A DNA stretch of 64,000 nucleotides from Octopus sinensis (GCF_006345805.1 NC_043016.1:496001-560000); one strand, 5' to 3'; numbered from the stretch's first letter, positions 39,245 through 51,944 are shown. Notes: generated from the letters alone by a model not told the origin. Numbers and translations: made by a program.

Positions 39245-39285
<41 letters not shown>

Positions 39286-39734
39286 ACACACACATATATA
39301 TATATAAATACCAAAATTGGAACAAGAACTCAGCAGACGACAATAAAACATCCGGGCAGACAGACGATACAAAGACAGGAAAAACAACGAAAAGACGGAC
39401 AGGAAAAAAACAATGACGAGTCATTCGTGACCTTCTTTCCTCACTCAAGTTTCCAGATTATTCTTACAATTTCGGCCGGTTACACTTGAGACTGTTCAAA
39501 TTTGACTGGCTCCAAAAATCTAAGCTAAGAGCATTAAATAATTTTGGGGAAAGCAAGCGAATGTGTACGACAACAAAGACAAAAGAAAAGAACCAAAAAA
39601 GAAAAAACGAAAAAAACTCAAAACGGAGAAAATGTGACACAATTACAAATACAAACAACAACAAAAATAACTATAGGTGTCTTTCGAATCAAATATATAT
39701 ATATATGTGTATGTGTGTGTGAGACCCTTCTGTC

Positions 39735-39925
39735 CAAAGTCAGTCGCCATGATAGATCGTTAGCCACTACACATTTTTTTCTCTCCTTGTTTTTTCTGTG
39801 TCCCTTCCTGTAGATGAGTGTAGGCTCAAAAGTAAAATACTTTTTCTATTCCTGAGCGTTATACTAATACATCTGTTTGTTTTGTACACCACCTGTCTTC
39901 GTCTTTTGTTTTTTTCGTAAACTCT

Positions 39926-39927
<2 letters not shown>
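39735..39927 (+). mobile_element. Penelope-like terminal remnant, same family as 7742-7900
   Basis: Reverse-complement match to 7742-7900; CTGTAGA-TGAGT-GTAG-GCTC-AAAAG at 39808-39832. Confidence 0.6.
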
Positions 39928-39959
<32 letters not shown>

Positions 39960-40204
39960 TATATACATACACCATAAGAAAATGGAGGGGATCAAGAGGT
40001 GGTATTCATCAACTTTTAGACATTGTATATGTCAATTTATTTATTTACTAAGAGGACAATTATAACAATATACATACATGTAAACATATTATGCTTTACA
40101 TATATAATATATAGAATATAAAAATACCAGTAATTATTGGGTATTCCCTTAGTTATTGGGTATTATCCCTTAGTTGGTTGGATTCACAACCTCTACTCTC
40201 TTGG

Positions 40205-40248
<44 letters not shown>

Positions 40249-41235
40249 CGCAGTATTTCTACAGTTTCCATCTACTAAATCCACTCACATGGCTTTGGTC
40301 GACCCGAGGCTTTAGTAGGAGACACTTTGCGAAGAAAGATACCGCGCAATTCTACTTAAAACAAAATTTCCACCATTTCAAACGAAGTTTATAAAATTCT
40401 TGTGGTGAGCTGCATTGGGAAAATGGTATTGGTAAATTTTCGGAGATTCTAGATTACCTTCTCTTTAACAGCATCTGATCTTATTGGCATTCAGCATACT
40501 CTTCTAGCCTTACTATTCAACACCTGCAAAAGAGGTAAAAGTTTTTCAGCTATCATATCCTGTTACATTTGTATGCTGCCAACGTTTCTCTTACGTGCCG
40601 CGAGTTTCGAGGTGAGTCGGAAGTGCCAAGATATTTAAAAAGCAAAATCGTTTTTAACACTCAGCACAAGGATATCACTGTGGGCCTATCTCTGTTTTAA
40701 AACCATTTCGATAGACGTTATTTTCTATGTTGTAAAATTCATACTAAAAATTAAAAAAATGTGCCTTTTGTAGTACATAATGGTAGGGTGTAAAATCTTG
40801 AAATTCTCAGATTTATGCTTTTATTTTTATTCGGTATGAACAGTCAGTCAATGAAGTTATTCTACGAGGTTATTCGACCTGTTAGAAATTGCAGCCAGAT
40901 CTTCGTTCAAATCCCCACACCGTACCATCTTAAATAAAGAAATTACATGCTAGGTAACGGTGTACAAAGATAATGGGATGTTGTGACGTTCATGAGTGAA
41001 AATCTTTTGATTGTTGGTCTGCACAATCAGGGATGACCTGTGATTAATCCCAATATCACCAGCACCATCTCATCCTTCTCCCCTTACTCATCCTTCTCCT
41101 CATCATTATCAACTTATTGTTTTAAGAGAGAGTACACACAAACTAATGCAAAAATAGACACCGTAAGATCATAGATTTACATATTTTGTACAAATAAAAC
41201 ATTCTCAGCAGTTATTTTGATTAATAATAAAATAT

Positions 41236-41412
41236 TTCGTTTTTGGATTTGCTTTGCAAGATTCTTTATGTGAGTTCGTGTGTTAAAGCGTATTCTGTTG
41301 TATCTGTGGAGAGGCATTCTCTTTTAATGCCTTATAATTTAACTCAGTCACAGGTGAGTGTGTTAAATTATAAGGCACTAAAAGAGAATGATTCTCCCCA
41401 GACACAATAGAA
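41236..41412. mobile_element. Short form of the asymmetric foldback element, 8-bp TSD
   Basis: Same TTCGTTTTTGGATTTG leader and CCCAGACACAATAGAA end as 21576-21942; TAAAATAT at 41228-35 and 41413-20. Confidence 0.75.
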
Positions 41413-41781
41413 TAAAATATTAAGTCACAAATAAAATTCTTACCGGAACTAACTACCAAAACTTATATTAGTTTTGTAAATCGGTCCACTCAGTTCAAGC
41501 AAGTTCTTAGTCGTTGCTGGTGTATAATATTGTGTCCCCGTGGGATGTTAGGGAAGGCAGTCAGGAGTTAATGATGAAATCCCAATACAGGATAGAAACC
41601 AGTCTAGACGAACCCTTATTTTTCTACTCACAATATTGTTATTTGTACAGACACGCTGTTTACATCTGTCTATACACAATGTTGTATAATATACATACAT
41701 ACAAATTCACATATATTTATATACACACACTCTCACATATGTTTTTGTGAGTGTGTCCGTATTTATGCAGATTTATGCATA

Positions 41782-42190
41782 AGCGCAAGAGTGGCTGTGT
41801 GGAAAGTAGCTTGCTTACCAACCACATGGTTCGAGGTTCAGTCCCACTGCGTGGCACCTAGGGCAAGTGTCTTCTACTATAGCCTCAAGCCGACCAAAGC
41901 CTTGTGAGTAGTTTTGCTAGACGGAAACTGAAGGAAGCCCGTCGCATATATGTATGTGTATATGTTTACGTGTCTGTGTTTGTCCCCCCCCCCCAACATC
42001 GCTTGACAACCGATGCTGGTGTGTTTACGCCCCCGTAACTTAGCGGTTCGGCAAAAAGAGACCAATAGAATAAGTACTAGGCTTACAAAGAATAAGTCCT
42101 GGGGTCGATTTGCTCGACTAAAGGCGTTGCTCCAGCATGGCTGCAGTCACATGACGGAAACAAGTAAAAGAGTAAAAGAGAGTAAGAGTA
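41782..42190 (+). mobile_element. CORE-SINE S2, complete
   Basis: A-box GTGGCTGTGTGG, B-box GGTTCAGTCCC, CORE-like GGCACCTAGGGCAAGTGTC, internal microsatellite, (GTAAAAGA)n tail. Confidence 0.85.
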
Positions 42191-43019
42191 TATATGTGTG
42201 TAAATATATATATATATAGGTATATGTATACATGTACGTATGTATTTGTATACAGGTACATAAATGTGGTGTATAAAATGCGCACGTACACTCACGAACA
42301 TATATCATTACACTTTGATCTCAGCTGAAGGTCGTGACTTAGATATAGATATATACACATACGCAATATATACCAAAGCTTGTATATATATTTTTAGCGA
42401 GAGATTTGATTTATAGTGAAACTGTAAATTTTGCAATGTTTCTCTTGGCACACGTATTGTTTGTCTAGTTGAGAAATACTAAATAAAGTTATTAATGGCA
42501 TCTTTCAGTATCGAGAATTTGATTCTATTGAATTAATTCATGTCTTCTGGGGTGGCTGTACAAACATGTTTTCGATTACAAATATCACTAACAATGAGAA
42601 CATGAGAAATAGTGAGCAGCAGTGTCTAAGAGTTCTCGTCATTGACGTTTCCTTCTGATAGTTTTCTCTTCCAGATTATTGGTTAAAAGACGTCTTGTCC
42701 CAGCTCTTTTCCATCCAGAGCAAACGATCTAATATAGTAATAGCCCCCCCCCTATAACTGATGAAATGTCGTGTCGTATTCTCTTGCGCATGACTCCTAG
42801 GAACCGTTCAAAGCATTTTATTTTTACGGCAGAATCAAGACATCTGGTGGCTGCCCCCTCGTTATCGAGTATGGCCATTGCACGAAGCTTAATCAATGTT
42901 GTTATCGTGCAATACCTGTGCAAGAAGATTATTTTTAAAGCGAGGAAAGGCTGTGCACTGAGTCAATCCCACTCACTAAGCAACAGCAGCCATAATCCGA
43001 AAAGAAGAACAAGTCAACA

Positions 43020-43368
43020 TCATTGGTAACCACTGAGCCGCAGGTTTTATGTCGGAGTTATCCCAGTTACCTGAGTTACCTTCTCCTAGAAGGATGCCCT
43101 AACAAAGGCTAGGGGTCCTTCACTCCCAATGGTTTAGCCGCGCGATAGGGGATTTTGTCCGGTTATTTCTATGTCCCCGCGCATGATTCAGCCTTAAGAC
43201 ATTTATTGGATGGCCGTTGACTCTCAAAAGTTCCTCCGCTCTTTGACGGATTATGTTTTTCATCCCGCAGGGTGTCCAATAAACACCTTCCTCACCAAGC
43301 AAGCTTTGTGGGGTTGCCGGTTTAGTCGCCGTCGACCCGACCATGCAACAGGTTGTATTGGGTTACAT
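43020..43368 (-). mobile_element. Probable 5' UTR region of an RTE-type element, with an HDV-like ribozyme relic at its 5' edge
   Basis: Minus strand CCTAGCC..GGGCATCCTTCTAGGAGAAGGTAACTC resembles RTE 5'-UTR sequence as I recall it; P1/P1.1/P4/J4-2-like parts at 43317-43368. Confidence 0.4.
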
Positions 43369-43666
43369 GTTACCAGTAGAACTCAAAAGTGACCTGGCAT
43401 CAAATAATTTGATAATTTACAAAGCGGTTATACTAAGAAGCCTCTTTGTACAGATGTGAAGTCTGAACGATTTGTTGAAAAGACATGAAAAGGTTGGAAC
43501 CACTCTCTGACAAAGCTGCGAACCATCGAGCACGTACGTTGACATGACCGTGATAATTAATGAAATTCTTGATCAGATCAGATCTAAATGTTTGAAACCG
43601 ATGTGTTACTTACTATCTGTGATAGATTTGCCCCATTTAAAGAATGTTAGATTATCGTTTTTTTCT

Positions 43667-43799
43667 TTTCCTTTCTTTTATTTGTTTCAGTCATTAGACT
43701 GCGGCCATGCTGGGGCACTGTCTTGAACACACACACACACACACAAACACATACACACAGACACACACACACACACATACTCACACACTCACACACACA

Positions 43800-43864
<65 letters not shown>

Positions 43865-44033
43865 GTATATACGACAGACTTCCTACAAGTTTCCGCTTTC
43901 CAAATCCTCTCAGAAGGTCTTGGTCGGCTCTAGGCTAAAATGGAAGACACGTGTTCAAAGTGCAATGCAGTAGGACTGAACCCGGGACCATGTGATTGGG
44001 AAGGAAACTTCTTACCATACAGCTACACCTGCG
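43667..44033 (-). mobile_element. CORE-SINE S2 with an expanded internal (CA)n
   Basis: Reverse-complement match to 41782-42190. Confidence 0.8.
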
Positions 44034-44338
44034 CTTACAGATGTTCGAAAATCGAAGAATTGCATGAAGAAACGCATCCAAATGGAGCGGTGAAACGGTG
44101 ATACAAGTAACATTTAAAGTAACAATTAAAAATTAATTTAATTCTGATGTTTCTTAATGAATTCTTGATGCAATTAGGAAAAATAAAAGCAACGGAAAAC
44201 AACTAATTTAGGTAATTCAGGTTAATGACTTACACTTCATCAGTAATATAGAAACTTCTGAAACTTAGTTTAATCAAAAGGAGAGATTTTAAAAAATAGA
44301 TAAGTGCTAGGAAAATTTCTGGTCATTATGGTTTTCAG

Positions 44339-44700
44339 GGTGGTGAGCTGGTAGAATCGTTAGCACGCCGGGCGAAATGCTTAGCGGTATTTCGTCTACC
44401 GTTACGTTCTGGGTTCAAATTCCGCCGAGGTCGACTTTGCCTTTCATTCTTTCGGGGTCGATTAAATAAGTACCAGTTACGCCCTGGGGTCGATATAATC
44501 GACTTAATCCATTTGTCTGTTCTTTTTCATCCCCTCTGTGTTTAGCCCCTTGTGGGTAGTAAAGAAATAGGTATTTCGTCCGTCCTTAAATTCTGAGTTC
44601 AAATTCTACCGAAGCCTGCTCTCTTTCATCCTTTCGGTGTCGAAATAAGTAGTGAACACTGGGTAAGAGTATCAAAACTGCACCCCTGTTCCAAGCTATG
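44339..44700 (+). mobile_element. SINE S1 compound: b-type unit plus an older headless unit starting GGTATTT
   Basis: ...GGGTAGTAAAGAAATA|GGTATTTCGTCCGTCC... Confidence 0.85.
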
Positions 44701-45247
44701 TCGAGCTTGTGTGAAACAGTAGGCTCTTCAAACCAATATGATCTCAAGCACAAATTGACGACCTCCAAATCGGTTCGTGCTTGATGGAGAGAACATGCTG
44801 AAGCTTTTGTCCTGCAGTGGACTAAACAAAGGTAATCCAATCCAATCCAATGATTTTCATAATTAGATAAGCATGCTTGGAGATTTTATTTATAAGCAAA
44901 TCATTGTTCAACTTGGGTCGGTTTCCTTAGTTCAATCTCTTTTAAATAACGTCCCTACCATCTTGAAGATGGAATATTCAAGATGGTAGGTTGCATACTG
45001 TACTTGAGCTTTTACTATACAGTTTAGCGTGAGGTCAGTTTTGAGTGAAGAGACCTATTTTTAAAGGTACTCCAGCCGTAACTACTTGGTCTGATCTATG
45101 TCAAAAGAAGATCCCAATTGAACCTTATAAGCGGTAGATACCTGTATCTTTTTGTCAAACTGTCTATGGCTTTTCTCATTTTAAAGATGGTAGTTTGTAA
45201 AATTGAAGGATTGTTGGGCGAATTTTACTGGAAAGTCGAATGACAAT

Positions 45248-45566
45248 GCCGCTACGTTCTGAGTTCAAATTCCGCCGAGGTCGACTTTGCCTTTCATCCT
45301 TTCGTGGTCGATTAAATAAGTACCAGTTACGCACTGGGGTCGATGTTATCGACTTAATCCGTTTGTCTGTCCTTGTTTGTCCTCTCTGTGTTTAGCCCTT
45401 GTGGGTAGTAAAGAAATAGGCATTTCAAATTCCACCGTGAACGATTTTGCCTTTCATCCTTTCGGAATCGATAAAATAAGTAAGAGTTGAGCACTGGAGT
45501 CGATGTAATCGACTTTACGCCTTCTACAAACTTGCTGGCCTTGTGCCAAATTTCGAAATCAATATT
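45248..45566 (+). mobile_element. SINE S1 compound: 5'-truncated b-type unit plus an a-type remnant
   Basis: ...GGGTAGTAAAGAAATA|GGCATTTCAAATTCC... Confidence 0.8.
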
Positions 45567-46369
45567 TGCTTTAGGTTTTCTATCTTAGTATAAATATATT
45601 CCATTTTTATACCTCCAATCTCTGATAGACCGAAAAAAAGAAAAGAAAAGGTCAGGGGTACAGTTTGGTTCTTCCTTTCTCTAAACTTCAAAACAGTAAA
45701 AACAAAAACAAAAACACAACAAACAAAACCCCCAAAGCTAAAAAATAAACAAACAAAAAAAACTAAAATGACTATATTATAAAATTTCTCGTCCTCCTTA
45801 AACTGAGATTTTCAAATGATATTTTAAATCACATATATCTAAAGGAAGAGACGATATTTTTTTATGTATATATTTATGATCATAGATGAAAATCAATGAA
45901 ATATATATCGATTATTTACAATGTGAAACAAAATATAAAAATGAAAAACTTTCATAAAGGTAATATGTACATATGTGTGTGTATATGTATGTATGTATGC
46001 GTATGTGTGTGCGTGTGTGCGTGCGTGTGTGTATATGTGTACATGTATTGCTTGTTTCATGAGAATATATATATATATATATATATTAATAAATATATAA
46101 TAAACACACACACACAGAGCACATACACACACATATATATATACAAACAACATAAAACTGAAAAATTACACAATACTTCTAGAAGAGTGTATGTATATAT
46201 GTGTGTATATATATTTGTATATGTGTGTGTGTGTGTATGTTTATATATGTATTTATGTGTATACACACACACATATATATAAACACACTAGTTGAAGAAT
46301 AAAAAGAGAACAGCAAGCGTCAATTGGACGTACATAATGGTTACATTAGATTAATGCCAAGGGAAAGTT

Positions 46370-46605
46370 TTAGATGAAAAAATAAGAGTAGAAGGAACGT
46401 TTCAAGCATGGCTCTTCATCGGAGAGAGGGTAAAAAAACATAGAAGAGGAAATAGAGGAAGGTGCAGGCAGCTCGGAAAAATGCACGTGTGTTATTAGAT
46501 GGTAAAAAAATGTCTGACCGGAAGTTGGAGAGGGATAAGCAATGTAGTTTTTGAAGGTAGGAGAGTGTATAATTGGCCACTGTGCTTGTGTGTGCGCGCT
46601 AATGT

Positions 46606-46646
<41 letters not shown>

Positions 46647-46770
46647 AATATTCGTGTATTGAGTGTATATGTCTGCATATGTTTAAGCGCATCTCTACCG
46701 TTTTTCTATAGAATTTAGAGCCAGCAGTGAAAGTTACAACGTTTCGTATACGATGTTGCGTAAACAATTT
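46370..46770 (-). mobile_element. Penelope-like 3' remnant (possible GIY-YIG C-terminal tip) with a minimal hammerhead core
   Basis: Minus strand CCGATGA-AGAGC-CAT-GCTT-GAAAC-GTT at 46395-46422; weak protein similarity FYRKTVEMRLNI..SGQLYTLL. Confidence 0.55.
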
Positions 46771-47165
46771 GATCGACGACAGAAAAAAAAACAGGTAATT
46801 GATGTAGATACATATTTCAGGAATTCTTGCTCTCTCTTCAGTATCACATCTGACCCATTAACCATCCATGAACACATTGCTTAAACAGACATTAAGTTTA
46901 GCAGTGTAATACTATTGGATAGACCAATTTACATATTAAACATACTCCTGGCAATTAGTACGTTGCTGCTAATTAGTGTTAAGGACACAGTATTTAGTTT
47001 AGCAACTATAATGTACTACTATCAAGTATATTAAATGTGCATATATATGCGCATGTGTGCATGTATGTGCGGTTTATGATTGTTTGTATATGAGGATGTG
47101 TTGCACAAGGTGGTGGTATATGTGAACGTGTGTGTTTGTGTGCCATTGTGTATGTATGTGTGTGT

Positions 47166-48861
47166 AAATCCATCAAAGACCTATCAGGCAAAAATTCTGT
47201 GTTATCAATTAGAATTAAAGGGGGATCAGCTAAGAAGCGTTTAGAAAATTGGTCAACCCATTTTAAAAACCTCCTTGGGAAGAATGCCAAAATCCCTGAT
47301 AACTCCACTCTTCCAAGTGTGCCTATATCAGACACGCTGGATATCAACACCTCCCCTTTTACCATATTTGAACTAGCAGCAGCCATCAAGCAACTAAAAG
47401 CCTCCCGAAAGCATTTGGTCCCGACAACATCCCAGCTATAATTTGGAAGGATGATAGATTCACACACTTTTGCTCAATCTCTGCAACCACACACTTTCCA
47501 CCTTTGTCGCTCCAAAGATTTGGCACAATCTCAAATCACCCAATACCCAAAAAAGGCGATTTATCCCTCGTCACCAACTACAGGTATATCTCTAATGTCA
47601 ATGCTGCAAAAATGTACAACAAACTGATCCTAAATCGTCTTGTCCTTTTTGTCGAACCTTTGCTCCGAAAGAACCAAAATGATTCAGACATAGGCGCTCA
47701 ACGCTGAGCCAGATACTATGTCTACGCAGACTTATTGAAGAATCAAAAGCATTTAATCGCGATCTTGCAATGGTATTTGTAGACTTTTCTAAAGCGTTCG
47801 ATTCTGTAGATAGGTACAAGATGTTTGGAATCCTTAAGCTCTATGGGATACCAGACAAAATCATTTCTGCCATCAAGGTCCTCTTCACAGATACGTCTTC
47901 AACCATCTTAACCCCTGACGGAGAAACATCATCTTTCTCAATCAAAGCCGGAATACTGCAGGGAGACACACTCGCCCCATTTCTTTTCATCATTGTTGTC
48001 GATTATGTGCTGCGTATGTCAGTTGATACCATCTCTGGCAAGGGCTTTGAAATAAAACCAAGAAGTTCCAGACACCCAGCTGAGTACTTGACAGACACTG
48101 ACTTTGCTGACGACATCGCTCTTATCAGTGATTCTCTCTCCAATGCCAAGGCTCTTTTACAATCTCTTGAACAAGCCTCAAATTGTGTAGGTCTTTACCT
48201 CAATGAGGCCAAGATTGAATACATAAACAAGTGCCTGTCCAACAGTGATTGCATCATCCATACTCTCAACAGTGCGCCTTTAAATATGGTTTCTGATTAT
48301 AAATATCTTGGATCATACATATCATCATCTGGAAAAGACTTTCTAACTAGAAAGGGCATGGCCTGGTCAGCCTGTAATGACATGCATAAGATCTGGTAAT
48401 CTAAGTAGAGACTTCAAACTTGAAATCTTCAAAGCCACAGTCAAACCAATTCTACTTTATGGCTCAGAAATCTGGACGTTATCAAAGAAGCTTGAGAGGC
48501 AGTTGGATGGAACTTACACTCGCCTCCTTATGAGAGCTCAAAATCTCTCGTGGAAGCGCCATCCAACCAAAATGCAAATATATGGGAAACTACCACCTTT
48601 GTCATCTCTTGTGAAAGGTAAGAGAGTCCAGTTTACTGGACATTGTTGTAGAGCTGAAAAAGAGGTAATTTCTACTCTTCTCCTCTGGAAGCCATCAACT
48701 CGCAATACCAGAGGGCGCACACTCTCCTACCCTGATGTAATCTCCAGGGATACAGGCATCAAGCAACAGGACCTCCGTAATGCCATGATGGACCGTGAAG
48801 TCTGGCATAGCATGGTAAATTCCATTGTCTCGACCACGGTTGAACAATGATGATGATGATG
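47166..48861 (+). mobile_element. RTE-like LINE, 3' ~1.7 kb (RT domain to end) with a (GAT)n tail
   Basis: PIPKKGDLSLVTNYR; FVDFSKAFDSVDR; GILQGDTLAPFLFIIVVDY; DFADDIAL; YKYLGS; LLYGSEIWTL; ends STTVEQ*-GATGATGATGAT. Confidence 0.85.
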
Positions 48862-49657
48862 TATGTGTGTGTATTGTTGTTTAAAGGTGTGTGAGTGTAG
48901 ATATGCGAGCGTGTCTACGTAAATGTCTGCGTGTGTATATACGCAGTAGATATGTATATTGTGTGTGTTTGTGCGTGTGTGTAAATTATGTCTGTGTGTA
49001 GAAGATATGCGGAGAGAGAAAAGGAAGGTAAAAGGAGAGGGAAGGAGAATGAGAGAGATGGAAGTTAGACATAGGTAAGCGCAGGAACGAAATTTGCTTT
49101 GCGGGTACAAACCCAGTTTTTCAGGAGGATGTTCAAAGCGTTTTCATTGCCCATAGCATTTTAGGGGCGCACTCGCCACCCTACCTGCACCCATGTTCCT
49201 GAGCCTATGAAGTTGGAAGCTATTATAAGAAAGAGGTGTGTGTGTGTGTGTGTGTGTGTGTTACGTTCTAAAAGGCATATGTGCTCATAATAAAATGAAG
49301 CGTTGCTCCTTGCGAAGTTTGGTTGGAGTTGAACCATGTTGTAAGGATAAATCAAATACTATGAGGTGTTGGGTGGAATGGTTAGTCGAGCAAAATGGCA
49401 GGCAATATATTTAGAAAGGTGTTTATTTGTGAATTTTTACAAGGTAAAAGTTTACAGTGACTTCGAAGTTTTAACTTCTGATGTCGGCTCGTGAATCGAA
49501 AATTCGGAATATTAGTCAATCATTTCCTTTAAAAATACACACACACACACACACACACACATACACAAATATATATATTTGGTGTGTGCGTGTGTATGCG
49601 GCGTGTGCGTGTATCTGTGTATGTAAGTATATGCGTCTATGTATGTATATATAGCTT

Positions 49658-49692
<35 letters not shown>

Positions 49693-49696
<4 letters not shown>

Positions 49697-50097
49697 CGCA
49701 GGATTGGCTGTGTGGTTAGAATTTTGCTTCCCAACAATATGGTTCAGGGTGCAGTCCCACTGTGTGACATCTTGAGCAAGTTTTCTACTGTAGCCCTGAG
49801 CCGACCAAAGCCGCGTTAGTGGATTTAATAGACGGAAGCTGAAAGAAGCCTGTCACATATATAATGCGTGTGTGTGTGTGTTAGTATCTTTGTGTCTGTT
49901 TCTCCCCACTCACCGCTTTACAACCGGTAATGGTATGTTTATGTCCTCGGAACTTAGTGGCACGATACTGACAGAATAAATACTAGGCTTTATAAAAGTA
50001 AAGTATTGGGTTGATTCATTCGACTAAAATTCACGAAGGCAGTGTTCCATCATGGCCGCAGTCTAATGACAAACGAGTAAAAGATATAAGATAAAAG
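49693..50097 (+). mobile_element. CORE-SINE S2
   Basis: GGCGCAGGATTGGCTGTGTGG head; TGTGTGACATCTTGAGCAAG core; GTAAAAGATA tail. Confidence 0.8.
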
Positions 50098-50125
50098 ATT
50101 TGTATGTATGCGTGTGCATGCACGA

Positions 50126-50164
<39 letters not shown>

Positions 50165-51304
50165 GAAGCATGTGATTGACTTCCGCAGTTGACTCAAGCT
50201 TGGAATTTATCCGTGAAGGAGTGTCTATCGATTAATTTATAATTCACAAATCAACACTCATTGATTATTTGGTTCTTTTTTCTTTCGCTGAATCTTGTAT
50301 TAATCAGTGGATTAGCTGAATCGTTAGTGCGTCGAACAAAATGACCTGCAATACTTGCTCCGGCCCGTTACGTTCTGAGTTCACATTTTATCAATATTTA
50401 ATTAATCTTTCATTCTTCTGTGTCGATAAAATGACAATCTGGGTTTGACAGTGAATCTGCTGGGAGTGATGTCGGTTAGTGCAATTGCTTGGTCGTTGAA
50501 CGTGTGTTGTTCTGGTTATTTAGTCAGAATTTGTCACTCTTTACCAGACATGCCTATATTTTGGATAACATCTATAGTATTAAGATGGGAAACCGGCTAC
50601 ATAAGTAATTTCTGTTTACCATAAAAGAAATATTGTCCAGGCCTGTACCCTGGGTTCTAATGCATGGTTAGGCTTGACCGATGGAGGCCTTAGATTAACC
50701 ACAGAAGCCAAGTTGATTAGATTCCCGAGGAAACCTAGTTGGAAAGAAGACCGATATTGGTATCCTGTTATGGACTTGCAAGTGTATCCATAGCTGAGGT
50801 ACTTAATTCTCCATGGTCCATTTTATAAAGAAACTGTTGCTGTTGTGAAAAGATGTTTCACAAAGAGCGACTCATTCTAAGAATGTTTGTTGATGTCACA
50901 ACCTCGGCGTATATTAACATTTCAACAGCCACAGTACACCACATTCCCTGTACAGCAGATTATCAGCCGATAAATTAGACCATTTAATAAAGATCTTTTT
51001 TGAACAGATGAAAACTAACATAAAGAATAGCAGATAGGGGACAAATGTGTCTCAATCTTTGTTCGTCCTGTCAAAGATGGCTTGTACACAAGCAAAAGAA
51101 ATTTCGTGGGGAAATTCAGTTATATCTCTCCGATAGAAAATTAGTTTACCGAACCTGAAAGAATGAGAAACAGAGTTGACTTCAGCGGGATTTAAACTCA
51201 TTTACCGAAAGTGACAGAACAAACATCACAAGGCATTTTGTCCCACGATTCCACCAATTCACAGACCTTTTACCAAATAATATCAGCAAACAAAATTAAT
51301 AATG

Positions 51305-51925
51305 ATTTCTAATTTTGGCACAGGGCCAGCGGTATTTGAGGAGAGGGGCGAGCTGGCAGAAACGCCGGGGGAAATGCTTAGCGGTATTTCGTCTGCCGGT
51401 ACGTTCTGAGTTCAAATTCCGCCGAGGTCGACTTTGCCTTTCATTCTTTCGGGGTCGATAAATTAAGTACCAGTTACGCACTGGGGTCGATGTAATATAC
51501 TCAATATATTTGTCCTTGTTTGTCCTCTCTATGTTTAGCTCCTGTGGGTAATAAAGAAATAGGTATTTGAGGAGACGGAAAGTCGATTACACTGACTCCG
51601 GTACTTGATTGGTACTTATTTTATTGACCCCGAAAGGATGAAAAGCAAAGTCGACCGCAGCGGAATTTGAACTCAGAATGTAATAAAGTCGGAAGAAATG
51701 CCGCTAAGCATTTTTTTCTGATACGCTAACGATTCTGCCAACTCATTGCCTTAGCAACATCAGTAATAATGGTTACTAACTTTGACACAAGGCCGGCAAT
51801 TTTGGGAGGAAAGTGAAATTCGATTACATCGATTCCATCGACTTGGTGGTACTTTATTTTATCGATCCTGAAAAGATGAAAAGCAATATTTAGCTTCGGC
51901 GGTGTTTGAATTCAGAGCGAAAGGA
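51305..51925. mobile_element. Plus-strand S1 b-type copy (51345-51561) inserted in a minus-strand S1 a-type copy, plus another minus-strand S1 copy (51771-51925)
   Basis: 14-bp TSD GGTATTTGAGGAGA at 51331-44 and 51562-75. Confidence 0.85.
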
Positions 51926-51944
51926 TTTGGAAGAAGCAAGTGCA

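Noticed and set aside
39305-39560. Type II hammerhead in a repeat-like segment (GCCGAAATTG..GTGAGGA)
   Set aside because: Stems I and II cannot be paired; left unclassified.
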